Source of the DNA: Pseudomonadota bacterium
GTDB taxonomy: Bacteria; Bdellovibrionota_B; Oligoflexia; Oligoflexales; CAIYRB01
Direction: 5' to 3'
Length of the DNA stretch: 21,399 bases
Assembly: GCA_031416315.1 (NCBI GenBank)
Contig: JANOTL010000045.1
Span: forward strand, 1 to 21,399
The notes beneath the pieces were generated by a model. It was not told where the DNA came from. It did not search any database and was given only the letters and a program-made list of their open reading frames with translations. The position numbers and the translations under genes were made by a program. Shown here piece after piece: positions 1 to 9,219 of the stretch (the first letter of the stretch is position 1; every line of letters begins with the position of its first letter).

Positions 1-627
1 GCGCTCGACAACCGCGGCGCCGGCACGACCGAGACGACGCGGAGCTTCGGCTTCGCCGACATGGTCTCGGACCTCGTGGCGGTGCTCGATGCTGCCGGCG
101 CGGCGGAGGCGGGCGTCGTCGGGATCTCGATGGGCGGTTTCATGGCGCAGGAGCTCGCATTGGCCGAGCCGCAGCGGGTGAAGAAGCTCGTCCTGGTGTC
201 GACGGCCGCGAGCCAGCGGATGATCCGCAAGGACGACGCGCCCTGGACGCAGAATCTTCACGAGGTCGAGCAGAAGCTCAGCCCGTATTTCACCGCCGAA
301 TTCGCCCGCAAGAACGAGGTGCTCGTGAAGAGCATGGTGAAGCAGATCGCGAAGGCGGTCGGCGAAGGCGCGTTCGCGGATCGGTCGGAGGACCAGCGGC
401 AGGCGGCGGCGGGCTTCGACAGCCGCGCGCGCTTGATCGGCCTATCGCGGCCGACCATCGTGATTCACGGCAGCGAGGACGCGATCATCCCGATCGAGGC
501 CGGGCACGAGCTGGCACGGCTGATCGCGGGGGCGCAGCTCACCGAGCTCGCGGGGGCGGGGCACTTGCTCCTCGCCGAGCGGCCAAAGGAGCTCTACCGG
601 CTGATCTCGGCCTTTCTCGCGCCGTAG
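1..627 (+). CDS. Alpha/beta fold hydrolase (5'-partial; frame is open from position 1)
   Basis: The frame upstream of the ATG at 61 reads ALDNRGAG (D-x-RG-x-G motif). Nucleophile elbow GISMGG, acid region HGSEDAIIP, catalytic His in GAGHLL. Confidence 0.9.
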   Translation, partial: ALDNRGAGTTETTRSFGFADMVSDLVAVLDAAGAAEAGVVGISMGGFMAQELALAEPQRVKKLVLVSTAASQRMIRKDDAPWTQNLHEVEQKLSPYFTAEFARKNEVLVKSMVKQIAKAVGEGAFADRSEDQRQAAAGFDSRARLIGLSRPTIVIHGSEDAIIPIEAGHELARLIAGAQLTELAGAGHLLLAERPKELYRLISAFLAP

Positions 628-629
628 TT

Positions 630-1220
630 TCAGCCCAGCCCGGCAAGGATACGCACTTCGGTCTCGTTCATCGCGAGCTCGTGCGCGACCTGCGTCGGAG
701 ACTGCCCCTTCGCGAGGAGCGCGCGGGCGTCCGAGTATTTCTTGTCGGCGATCTCGTGCAGCACTTCTTCATACGGCACGCGCTCGTCGAAGAACTTGCA
801 GATCTTCTCGCCGCGCGCGACGAGGTTCTTCATCAAGGACTTCTCGTGGTCGAGGCGCTTCAGGAGCGCTTCGACTTGGCGCTGCTTCACCGAGAGCTCT
901 TTCAGGGGAAGCTCGAAGCGTGCGGTGAGGGTCGAGGCGATCTGCTCCATTTCGTGAGCGATGGTGGCGCCCCCGGACTTCACTTCCATCTCGGCTTCGG
1001 TCGCCATCTTGGTGACCTTGTCGAGCATGCCACGCGCCTTGCCTTGCGCAGCTTCCAGCTCTTCCTGCACGGAGGCGCGCAGCTCGGCGATCATCCGCCT
1101 TTCCTCGGAAAGCTCGGCGACCAGCTCGACCTGCGCTTCCTGGCGGCGGTTCAAAAAGAACACCGCCGCGAGAAGGCCCGCGTCGAGGAGGATGAGCGCT
1201 ACGAGGAGGAAGGTGGTCAT
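630..1220 (-). CDS. Bitopic membrane protein with coiled coil and C-terminal DUF2802/DUF6115-like HTH domain (FipA/SwrB-like flagellar accessory protein)
   Basis: N-terminal hydrophobic helix (FLLVALILLDAGLLAAVFFL), long E/K/L/A-rich heptad region, and C-terminal YSDARALLAKGQSPTQVAHELAMNETEVRIL. Last gene of the flagellar operon. Confidence 0.7.
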   Translation of the reverse strand: MTTFLLVALILLDAGLLAAVFFLNRRQEAQVELVAELSEERRMIAELRASVQEELEAAQGKARGMLDKVTKMATEAEMEVKSGGATIAHEMEQIASTLTARFELPLKELSVKQRQVEALLKRLDHEKSLMKNLVARGEKICKFFDERVPYEEVLHEIADKKYSDARALLAKGQSPTQVAHELAMNETEVRILAGLG

Positions 1221-1229
1221 CAGGTTTTC

Positions 1230-1673
1230 TCAGCCGTCCTGGAGGAAGGATTTCAAGACCTGCTCGTCGATCTCGTCCATGTTCACCGTCTGGACGAGGA
1301 CGAGCTTCTTCTTGCCGCGTTTGCCGATGTCTTCGGTCTTTACGACCTTGCACAGCACCTTGAAAGTGTCGGGCTTGTCGATGCGACGGTACTCGACGAA
1401 CTTTTGCTTGCGCGTCCAGTAGTCCGGCAGCGAGATGTGAATCTTGAGGAGCGCGCCCTCGGGATATTCGCGCGTGCCCTGGAACTGGATGCCGTGCGGG
1501 CTGATGAAGAGGGTCGTGGCTTTCGCCTCGAGCTTGTCCTCGTTCAGGAGGCCGTACGGCAAGACGTCGACCGCGATCTTGCGATTCGAGCGCGGGTATT
1601 TCTTGATCAGGTCTTCGTCGAAGCCGTCGATGATGTTCGACGGTGCTGACACGATGAGAGAGTCTTCAGCCAT
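1230..1673 (-). CDS. PilZ-like domain protein with degenerate c-di-GMP motifs
   Basis: KKYPR...TLFISPHGIQF...YPEGALLKIHISLP...VLCKVVK follows the PilZ beta-barrel pattern. SD-like AGGAG upstream. Confidence 0.65.
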   Translation of the reverse strand: MAEDSLIVSAPSNIIDGFDEDLIKKYPRSNRKIAVDVLPYGLLNEDKLEAKATTLFISPHGIQFQGTREYPEGALLKIHISLPDYWTRKQKFVEYRRIDKPDTFKVLCKVVKTEDIGKRGKKKLVLVQTVNMDEIDEQVLKSFLQDG

Positions 1674-1697
1674 GGGGGGGGCTCCTAGACGGATGAC

Positions 1698-2111
1698 TTA
1701 GCCAGCTTTTTTCGCGATACCGAGGTTCTGAAAGATCTTGCTCATCTTTTCGGCCAGGGTCTGGCCGGTGAAGGGCTTGACGACGTAGTTTGAGACACCG
1801 GACTTCACCGCCTCGATGATGTTCTCTTTTTCCGCCTCGGCGGTGACCATCAGGAAGGGCACGTGCTTGAACTTCGGGTCGGCGCGGACGGTCTTCAGGA
1901 ACTCGATGCCGGTCATGTTCGGCATGTTCCAGTCGGAGACGATGAACTCGATGTCGGGGTTCTTCTTCAGCGTGTCGTAGCCGAGGGCGCCGTCTTCCGC
2001 TTCGAGAAAGTTCGAGTACCCGTTCTGGCGCAAGAGCGTCTTGACGATACGGCGCATGGTCGGGAAGTCGTCCACGACCAGGATCTTCATGTCAGGTTTT
2101 CCGAGGGCCAT
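1698..2111 (-). CDS. cheY: Chemotaxis response regulator CheY
   Basis: ILVVDDFPTMRRIV, phosphoacceptor SDWNMPNMTG, LMVTAE and YVVKPF. AGGAG RBS. Directly follows fliA. Confidence 0.93.
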   Translation of the reverse strand: MALGKPDMKILVVDDFPTMRRIVKTLLRQNGYSNFLEAEDGALGYDTLKKNPDIEFIVSDWNMPNMTGIEFLKTVRADPKFKHVPFLMVTAEAEKENIIEAVKSGVSNYVVKPFTGQTLAEKMSKIFQNLGIAKKAG

Positions 2112-2121
2112 GGCGCGACTC

Positions 2122-2880
2122 CTAGTCGACCAGGAGGTTTTTGAGCTTGGAACGCAGCTTGTTCACGGCCTGAGTGTGGAGCTGGGAGACCCGCGACTCG
2201 GTGACGTCGAGGATTTTGCCGATCTCTTTCAGGTTCAAGTCTTCATAGTAGTAGAGCGAAAGCACGAGCTTCTGCTTCTCCGGGAGCTCCTCGATGTTTT
2301 TCATCAGGAGCTCGCGGATCCCCTTCGACTTCAGCTGCGTGAACGGGTTCTTCGAGCCGACGTTCTCGAGACACTCGAGCAGCGACTTGCGGTCGTGCTG
2401 GTTCGGGCCGGCGAGCTCGTCGATCGAAAGCATCGTGACGGCTTTGACCTTCGCCACCATGCCGTAATAACCGTCGAGGGACATGCCGAGCGATTCGGAG
2501 ATCTCGCTGTCGGAGACGGCGCGGCCGTACCGCTGCTCGAGCTCCTGGTAGGCGCGCTCGATCTTCTTCGCCTTGTCGCGCACCGAGCGCGGGACCCAGT
2601 CCTGCGATCGCAACTCGTCCAAGATGGCGCCGCGGATGCGGAACTCGGCGTACGTCTTGAACTTGTTGTCGCGGCTCGGATCGTATTTCTCGATCGCGTC
2701 CATCAGGCCGATGACGCCCGCAGAGATCAAGTCGTCGATGTCGATGTTCGACGGCAGCCGTGCCGCGATGCGTTGGGCGACGAAGCGGATGAGCGGCGCG
2801 TAGTCCATGATGAGCTGGTCGCGCAACTTTCCGTCGACGCCCGACGTATCGGCTTTGTAGCGTTTGACTAGGCCTTTCAC
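2122..2880 (-). CDS. fliA: RNA polymerase sigma-28 factor FliA/WhiG
   Basis: DDLISAGVIGLMDAIEKYD, FKTYAEFRIRGAILDELRSQDWVPRSVR, and region 4 LNLKEIGKILDVTESRVSQLH. GTG start. Confidence 0.96.
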   Translation of the reverse strand: MKGLVKRYKADTSGVDGKLRDQLIMDYAPLIRFVAQRIAARLPSNIDIDDLISAGVIGLMDAIEKYDPSRDNKFKTYAEFRIRGAILDELRSQDWVPRSVRDKAKKIERAYQELEQRYGRAVSDSEISESLGMSLDGYYGMVAKVKAVTMLSIDELAGPNQHDRKSLLECLENVGSKNPFTQLKSKGIRELLMKNIEELPEKQKLVLSLYYYEDLNLKEIGKILDVTESRVSQLHTQAVNKLRSKLKNLLVD

Positions 2881-2899
2881 TCGCGCTCCTTCAGAGACT

Positions 2900-3748
2900 T
2901 CAGATGCTGACGGCGTGCTTGCGGGCGGGACCGGTGACGAGCTCTTTCCAGAAATCGGCGCCGCGCCCCGAGGAGGAGCGCGGAGAGGTTTGCGCCATAA
3001 GGCGTCGAGCGATCTGGGTCCACGCCTGGCCGGCCAGGGTGAACGTCGATTGCTCGGACGCGGCTTTGCGCTGCATCACGGCCTTTTGGACCTGGGTGTC
3101 GAAGGGGACGGAGCCGGCGTAGGAAACGTGGACGTCGAGGAAGCGTCCCGCAACTTCGGCGAAACGCTCGGCGACCTTGAGTCCCTCGCTCTCGCTCCGC
3201 ACCTGGTTCATCAACAAGTCGAAGGAGTTCATGCCGTGCTCGTCACGCAGGACTTTCATCAGACCGAAAGCGTCTGTGAGGGCGTGTGGCTCTGGAGTGG
3301 TCACGACCAGCGAGCGGTCGGCGACCTTGTTCAGGTGTTGCACGGTGTCGGAGATTCCTGCGCCGGTGTCGATGAGGAGGAGGTCGAAGCGGTCCTTGAC
3401 GCGGCCGAGCTGGTCGAGGATTTGCTGCTGCTGGAGATAGGAGAGGCGAGTGAGGCTGGCGACGCCGGATCCGGAAGGGATCACCGCGATGCCCATGGGG
3501 CCGTCGACGATGATGTCTTCGAGCTCCGCATGCCCATCGAGGACGTCTCGAATATTGTATCTGGGCTGGAGGCCCAGAACAACGTCCACGTTCGCCATGC
3601 CGAGGTCGCCGTCCAAGATCAGGACGGTCTTGCCCATCCTACGGGCGGCAACGGCGAAATTGACGGTCGTGAGCGTTTTGCCGACGCCGCCTTTGCCGCT
3701 CGTCACGGCGACGACCAACGGAGAATGTCTCGGGGAAACAGCGCGCAT
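2900..3748 (-). CDS. flhG: MinD-like ATPase FlhG/FleN (flagellar number regulator)
   Basis: Deviant Walker A SGKGGVGKT, DGDLGMANVDV, LLIDTGAG, VTTPEP, and C-terminal amphipathic DFWKELV. ATG at 3748 chosen for spacing to GAGG; the alternative is TTG at 3754. Confidence 0.93.
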   Translation of the reverse strand: MRAVSPRHSPLVVAVTSGKGGVGKTLTTVNFAVAARRMGKTVLILDGDLGMANVDVVLGLQPRYNIRDVLDGHAELEDIIVDGPMGIAVIPSGSGVASLTRLSYLQQQQILDQLGRVKDRFDLLLIDTGAGISDTVQHLNKVADRSLVVTTPEPHALTDAFGLMKVLRDEHGMNSFDLLMNQVRSESEGLKVAERFAEVAGRFLDVHVSYAGSVPFDTQVQKAVMQRKAASEQSTFTLAGQAWTQIARRLMAQTSPRSSSGRGADFWKELVTGPARKHAVSI

Positions 3749-3759
3749 TATCAATAACC

Positions 3760-4926
3760 TCAGAGGCCGAAGAGACGTTCGAGAACGCGCTCGCGGGTGG
3801 CGCGCTCGACGTCCTGGGGGATTTCCGGGCCGACGGAGAAGAAGGAGAGCGGCAGGGACCAGCGCCGGGAAAGATTGTAGATTTCGCCGAAACTCCAGCT
3901 TTCGTCGAGTTTCGTGAAGACGAGGCTCGAGAGGCCGAGCGGGGCATAGGCCTTGATCGCGGCGTCGAGCTGCGACTCTTTCTCCGTGACGGAGAGGCAG
4001 AGGTGGAACTCGATCGGCACGCCGACGTTCTTCAGCGCTTGGATCTCGGCCATACCGGAGGCGGATTTCGCGCCGATCCCTGGCGTATCGATCAGGAGCA
4101 GGTCGACGTCCTTCTTCTGGTCGACGGCGCGGCGCAGGTCCGTCTCGTCGCTCAACGCGATGAAGGGCACGCCGACGACCTTGCAGAAGACGCGCATCTG
4201 CTCGGAGGCGGCGAGGCGGTGGTGATCGCAGCTGGCGACGGCGACCTTCGCCTTCTCTTTCATGTGATAGCGCGCCGCGATCTTCGCGACCGCCGCGGTC
4301 TTCCCGGCGCCGGGCGGGCCGACGAGCGCGTGGACCGCGGGCGCGCCGGGCGTCATCTGCCAGCGGGAGGCGATCTTGATGCGCTTCATCATCCAGCGGA
4401 CGGCGTGGTCTCGGTAGAAGCCCTCGGCCTCTTCGGTCGGATCGGGGAGCGTCCGCAGGTGGCGCACGAGATCGGTCATGCTCGCGTCGTCGACGCCCAT
4501 GACGCGGAGCTGTCTTTCGAGGGGAACGAGCGCGATCGGCAGGTCCTTGAGGGTTGAGCCCTCTTTGCCGCGGAGCGCCTCGACGAGGAGCATTTTCACT
4601 TCGCGGAGCCCGGCCTCGATGGTCTCGACCTGGCGCTTGGTGGGCGTCGAGTCTTGGAGCGCGGACATGCGGATCGAGAGGCCGTCGAGCTGGCCCTCCA
4701 ACTCGCGCATGCCGGATTGCTGCAGGGAAACGCCGGGCTGCGCCTGCGCGCCGCCGACGGAGCGCATGGTGCCGGCGGCCGCGGCCGTGACCTCGATGAT
4801 CCGGTTCTTGCCGTTCTCGCTCGGCTTCTCTTTGGTGGAGAGAATGACGGCGTCGGCGCCGAGCGCCTTCTTCACCGATTTGATGGCGTCCTTCATCGAG
4901 AACGCTTCGAAGGTGCGGATATCCAT
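3760..4926 (-). CDS. flhF: SRP-type GTPase FlhF
   Basis: N-terminus MDIRTFEAFSMKDAIKSVKKALGADAVILST, G1 GPPGAGKT, G3 DTPG, G4 TKLDE. Located between flhA and flhG. Confidence 0.93.
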   Translation of the reverse strand: MDIRTFEAFSMKDAIKSVKKALGADAVILSTKEKPSENGKNRIIEVTAAAAGTMRSVGGAQAQPGVSLQQSGMRELEGQLDGLSIRMSALQDSTPTKRQVETIEAGLREVKMLLVEALRGKEGSTLKDLPIALVPLERQLRVMGVDDASMTDLVRHLRTLPDPTEEAEGFYRDHAVRWMMKRIKIASRWQMTPGAPAVHALVGPPGAGKTAAVAKIAARYHMKEKAKVAVASCDHHRLAASEQMRVFCKVVGVPFIALSDETDLRRAVDQKKDVDLLLIDTPGIGAKSASGMAEIQALKNVGVPIEFHLCLSVTEKESQLDAAIKAYAPLGLSSLVFTKLDESWSFGEIYNLSRRWSLPLSFFSVGPEIPQDVERATRERVLERLFGL

Positions 4927-4941
4927 CTTAGAGCGTCACCA

Positions 4942-7041
4942 TCAGAGGGTTACCATGCCGATGTTCTTGGTTTGCACGTCGGAGGGGATTTCGTCGAAGG
5001 CGAGGACGGTCATGCCGGGGATGAAGCGGGCGATGAGCTTGCGGAGGTCCCATCTGAGGCGGGAGCCGCAGAGGAGGATCGGCATGGTGCCGGACGTCTC
5101 GAAGTTTTTCATGGAGTCGGCGATGTTGTTGAGGACGCGCTGGGCGATCTCGGGCTCGACGTTGAGGGAGGTCGAGCCGTCGTCGTTCTGAATCAACCCT
5201 TGGACGAGGACGTCTTCGACGGAGCGGTCGAGCGACGTTACGACAAGCTGCTGATCGGGAGTGGAGTACTTCTTGATGATACCACGGCCCAAAGCTTTGC
5301 GTACATAACGCGTGAGAGCGTCGGGATTGCGGATCGTGCGGCAATGATCGGCGAGCGTCTCGAAGACGGACAGCAGGTCTCTGATCGAGACGCCCTCGGC
5401 GAGCAAGTTTTGCAGCACTTTGACGACGTCGCCGAGCGAGAGGCGATCGGTCGCGATGACTTCGTCCACGACTTTCGGGTGTTCCGCCTTGAGGCCCTCG
5501 ACGAGGTTGTGCACTTCCTGCCGGCCGATCAGCTCGTGCGCATGATCTTGGATCAACTTGGTCAGGTGCGTGACGACGACGGTGGCGCAGTTGACCACGG
5601 TGTAGCCGCGGAACGTAGCCTCGTCGCGCTGGTTCGGCATGACCCAGATCGCGTCCAGGCCGTAAGCTGGCTCCTTCGTCTTGATGCCTTCCAAAGGATC
5701 GACGACATCGCTCGGATCCATCGCCAGATAGCGCCGCACGTGCAGCCGGCCTTTGCCGATGGCGTTGCCCTTGAGCATGATTTGGTACTCATCGGGGCGG
5801 AGCTGGATGTTGTCGCGAATCATGACGATCGGCACGATGATGCCAAGGTCCTGCGCCAGCTGCTTCCGGGCCGAGACGATGCGCTCCAGCACCTCGCCGT
5901 CCTGCGCCGTGTCGACGAGCGGCACGAGCTCGACGCCGACTTCGAGCGCCAACGAGTCGAGGTGGAGGAGCGCCTCGATCGAGTCCGACTTGCCGCCTTC
6001 GAGCGCGACCTTCTCTTTGCTCTCGCGAGCGAGCGCGGCGTCTCGGGCGTCGACTTGTCGCGTCGCATAGCGGCCCAGGAAATAGAAGGCGATCGCGAGG
6101 AGGCAGAAGGGCACGAAAGGCATGCCCGGGACGATGGCCAAGATGACGAGGACGGCGCAGCAGAGATACGCCGCCTTCGGATGCATCGTGAGTTGGCTCG
6201 ACATCTCCTCGGAGAGGCCGCCGGTGCCGCCGGCGCGGGTGACGACGATACCGGCGGCGGTCGAGATGATCAGCGCGGGGATCTGGGCGACCAGGCCCTC
6301 ACCGACCGTCAGGAGCGTGAACTTCTGCGCGGCCTCGGCGAAGGTCAGGCCATAGGTGACGACGCCGAGGAGGAGGCCGACGACGATGTTGATGACGGTG
6401 ATGATGATGCCGGCGATGGCGTCGCCGCGGACGAACTTCGAGGCACCGTCCATGGAGCCGTAGAAGTCGGCTTCGCGCTCGATCTTCGAGCGGCGGCGGC
6501 GGGCCTCGTCCCGGTTGATGTGGCCGGCGTTGAGCTCGGCGTCGATCGCCATCTGCTTGCCCGGCATGGCGTCCAAGGTGAAACGCGCGCCGACCTCGGC
6601 GACCCGGCCGGCGCCTTTCGTGATGACCATGAAGTTGATCACGACGAGGATCGCGAAGATGACGAAGCCGACGAAGTAGTTGCCGCCGACGACGAAGTTG
6701 CCGAAGGCGGTGACGACGTGCGAGACCTCCCCGGTCGCGCCGTTGAGGAGGATGGAGCGAGTGGTGGCGACGTTCAACGCAAGGCGGAAGAGCGTCGTCA
6801 ACAGGAGGAGCGTCGGAAAGGTCGAGAACTCGAGCGGCTCTTTCACGTAGATCGAGATGAGCAGGATCATCAGTGACATGGTAATCGAGATCGAAAGCAG
6901 CATGTCGAGCAGCAACGGCGGCAGCGGCACGACCATCATGAAGATGATCGACACGACGCCCAGCGCGAGCTGGATGTCGGTGCTGCGCACGATGGCCATT
7001 AGGCCCGTGGCGGGGGTGTCGGCGGCGGCCTTGGTGGCCAT
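4942..7041 (-). CDS. flhA: Flagellar export gate protein FlhA
   Basis: FPTLLLLTTLFRLALNVATTR, RVAEVGARFTLDAMPGKQMAIDAEL and FYGSMDGASKFVRGDAIAG (FHIPEP family). Confidence 0.98.
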   Translation of the reverse strand: MATKAAADTPATGLMAIVRSTDIQLALGVVSIIFMMVVPLPPLLLDMLLSISITMSLMILLISIYVKEPLEFSTFPTLLLLTTLFRLALNVATTRSILLNGATGEVSHVVTAFGNFVVGGNYFVGFVIFAILVVINFMVITKGAGRVAEVGARFTLDAMPGKQMAIDAELNAGHINRDEARRRRSKIEREADFYGSMDGASKFVRGDAIAGIIITVINIVVGLLLGVVTYGLTFAEAAQKFTLLTVGEGLVAQIPALIISTAAGIVVTRAGGTGGLSEEMSSQLTMHPKAAYLCCAVLVILAIVPGMPFVPFCLLAIAFYFLGRYATRQVDARDAALARESKEKVALEGGKSDSIEALLHLDSLALEVGVELVPLVDTAQDGEVLERIVSARKQLAQDLGIIVPIVMIRDNIQLRPDEYQIMLKGNAIGKGRLHVRRYLAMDPSDVVDPLEGIKTKEPAYGLDAIWVMPNQRDEATFRGYTVVNCATVVVTHLTKLIQDHAHELIGRQEVHNLVEGLKAEHPKVVDEVIATDRLSLGDVVKVLQNLLAEGVSIRDLLSVFETLADHCRTIRNPDALTRYVRKALGRGIIKKYSTPDQQLVVTSLDRSVEDVLVQGLIQNDDGSTSLNVEPEIAQRVLNNIADSMKNFETSGTMPILLCGSRLRWDLRKLIARFIPGMTVLAFDEIPSDVQTKNIGMVTL

Positions 7042-7046
7042 TCAGC

Positions 7047-8138
7047 TCATTCCTTCGGTTTGGCTTTTTTGCCGAGGGCCTTGCCCTTCAGCTTGAAGAC
7101 GTAGCGGATGATCTCGGCGACGACCTTGTAGAGCTTGTCGGGAACCTCTTCGCCCTCTTTGACGGTGGCGTAGAGCTCGCGGGCTAACGGACGATTCTCG
7201 ATGATGGGGATGCCCATTTCTTTGGCAATCTCGCGCATCTCGAGCGCGATGAAATCCATGCCCTTGGCGACCAGCACCGGCGCGCCCATGCCGAGCTCGT
7301 AAGAGAGCGCGATGGAATAGTGCGTCGGGTTGGTGATGAGGACGGTCGCCTCGCGGGTCTTTTCCAGCGTCTTCTTCATGCCGAGATCGCGCGCCATGCG
7401 CCGGATCCGGGCCTTGACGTGCGGATCGACCTCGCGCTTTTTGTATTCTTCCTTGATGTCGTGCTTCGACATTCGCAGGGACTTCTCAAAAGAGAAGTAG
7501 TTTACGAAGTAGTCGAAGCCGCCGATGACGAGGAGGAGCGCCGAGACCGACCAGAAGAGCTGTTTGGTGATGTCGCCCCAATAAGTCCAGGTCGAGATGA
7601 TCGGATAAGTCATTAATTCCGGAAGTTTACGCCACTCAGAATGCAGGATCGCATAGGCGACGAGGCCGACGGCGGTCATCTTCGCGATGCCTTTGACGAG
7701 CTCGGTGACCGCGGTCGTGTTCACCATGCGGGCGACGCCAGTGAGCGGATTCATGCGGGAAAAGTCCGGCTTCAGCTTCTCCCAGGAGAAGAGGATGCGC
7801 GTCTGCCCGTAGGTCAAGGCGATCGCGACCACCGCCACGACGGCGAACATCGGCAGGATGTAGATCATCGCGTCGATCCAGGTCTGGCCGAAGTACTCGA
7901 TCAGCGAGTCGCGGTCGACGCGGCGCGTCGTCACCGACTCGAAGCTCTGGACGAAGATCTTCTCGAGCCCTTGGATCATGCGCGGCGCCATCTGGATGGC
8001 GAACGCGCAAGAGGCCGCCAGGATGGCGACCGAGGTGAGCTCCCGCGACAAGACGGCCTGACCCTTCTCCCGAGCGTCCTCTCGTCGCTCTGGCGTCGCG
8101 TCTTCTGTCTTGTCGTCTGCTGATTGGTCTTCGGACAT
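7047..8138 (-). CDS. flhB: Flagellar export switch protein FlhB
   Basis: KTEDATPERREDAREKGQ N-terminus, four TM segments, NPTH autocleavage motif, PVLVAKG. Confidence 0.97.
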   Translation of the reverse strand: MSEDQSADDKTEDATPERREDAREKGQAVLSRELTSVAILAASCAFAIQMAPRMIQGLEKIFVQSFESVTTRRVDRDSLIEYFGQTWIDAMIYILPMFAVVAVVAIALTYGQTRILFSWEKLKPDFSRMNPLTGVARMVNTTAVTELVKGIAKMTAVGLVAYAILHSEWRKLPELMTYPIISTWTYWGDITKQLFWSVSALLLVIGGFDYFVNYFSFEKSLRMSKHDIKEEYKKREVDPHVKARIRRMARDLGMKKTLEKTREATVLITNPTHYSIALSYELGMGAPVLVAKGMDFIALEMREIAKEMGIPIIENRPLARELYATVKEGEEVPDKLYKVVAEIIRYVFKLKGKALGKKAKPKE

Positions 8139-8141
8139 GGG

Positions 8142-8927
8142 TCAGGGGACCATGCTCTTGATGGCGGCGGTGAGGGTCGTACGCTGGTCGAGGAAGTGGC
8201 TTTGCATCCAGTTCGGGAAGAACGGCAGGGTGGCGATGTAGAGGACCATCCCGAGGAAGAAGCTGACCGGGAAGCTCATCGTGAACACGTTCATCTGCGG
8301 CACGGTGCGCGCGACCAGGCCCAGGCCGGCCATGGTGAAGAGCATGGCGACGAGGATCGGCGCCGAGAGCTGGATGGCGATCGAGAGGATGCCGCCGGTG
8401 AGGGTGATGAACATGGTCGCGAGCGAGGTGTTCATCGTCGCCGTGCCCGCCGGGATCAGGACGAAGGTCTCGGCGATGGCCCCGATGAAGACATGGTGCA
8501 GGTCCAGCGCCAGGAAGATCAGCATGACGACGACGCGGTGGAAGGCCGAGAACGCGTCCATCTGCGCGCCGGCGTCGGGGACGAAGAGGCTCGAGGTGCC
8601 GAAGCCCATCTGGTAGGCGACGATGCTCGCGGCCATCAGGATGCCGTCGAAGCACATGCGCGCGAGGTAGCCGATGACCATGCCGATGACGACCTCGCGG
8701 CAGACGATCAGGGCCACCGAGAGGACGTCGGTCTCGAGCGAGGGCAAGGCGATCTTCGGGATCAGGCTCGAGAGCCCGATCGCGAGGGACAAGGCCAAGA
8801 GCACGCGCACGCGCATCGGCGTCGGCGGATCGCCGATCAGCGGCAGGGCCAGCAAGATCGCGCCGATCCGGAGGAAGGCGAGCCCTCCCGGAAGCAGTGC
8901 GATCGGATCGGGGAAGGCGCTCAACAT
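8142..8927 (-). CDS. fliR: Flagellar export protein FliR
   Basis: Polytopic protein with FLRIGA, YQMGFG and RTVPQMNVF motifs; synteny fliQ-fliR-flhB. Confidence 0.95.
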   Translation of the reverse strand: MLSAFPDPIALLPGGLAFLRIGAILLALPLIGDPPTPMRVRVLLALSLAIGLSSLIPKIALPSLETDVLSVALIVCREVVIGMVIGYLARMCFDGILMAASIVAYQMGFGTSSLFVPDAGAQMDAFSAFHRVVVMLIFLALDLHHVFIGAIAETFVLIPAGTATMNTSLATMFITLTGGILSIAIQLSAPILVAMLFTMAGLGLVARTVPQMNVFTMSFPVSFFLGMVLYIATLPFFPNWMQSHFLDQRTTLTAAIKSMVP

Positions 8928-8929
8928 CT

Positions 8930-9199
8930 TTAGCGGGTCACCATCGGGATGCCGTTGAAGATCTCGGTGGTGAAGTCGAGCATCACGTGGAGGATCCAGG
9001 GGCCGGCGAGGACGAGGGCCGCCGTCAGCACCAGGATCTTCGGGATGAAGGAGAGCGTCTGCTCGTTGATCTGCGTCGCCGCCTGGAAGACGGAGACGAT
9101 CAGACCGACGACCAGCGTCACGATCAGGGCGGGCGCGGCGACTTGCACGGCGACCCAGATCGCGCGCGAGCCGAGGTCGATCACGGTTTGGTCGGTCAT
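8930..9199 (-). CDS. fliQ: Flagellar export protein FliQ
   Basis: VGLIVSVFQAATQINEQTLSFIPKI signature. Confidence 0.97.
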   Translation of the reverse strand: MTDQTVIDLGSRAIWVAVQVAAPALIVTLVVGLIVSVFQAATQINEQTLSFIPKILVLTAALVLAGPWILHVMLDFTTEIFNGIPMVTR

Positions 9200-9219
9200 C
9201 GGGCGTCTCTCTTTCCCAG

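Noticed and set aside
4654..6876. 740-aa plus-strand ORF
   Set aside because: Antisense shadow of flhA/flhF, expected from high-GC codon bias; no recognisable motifs.
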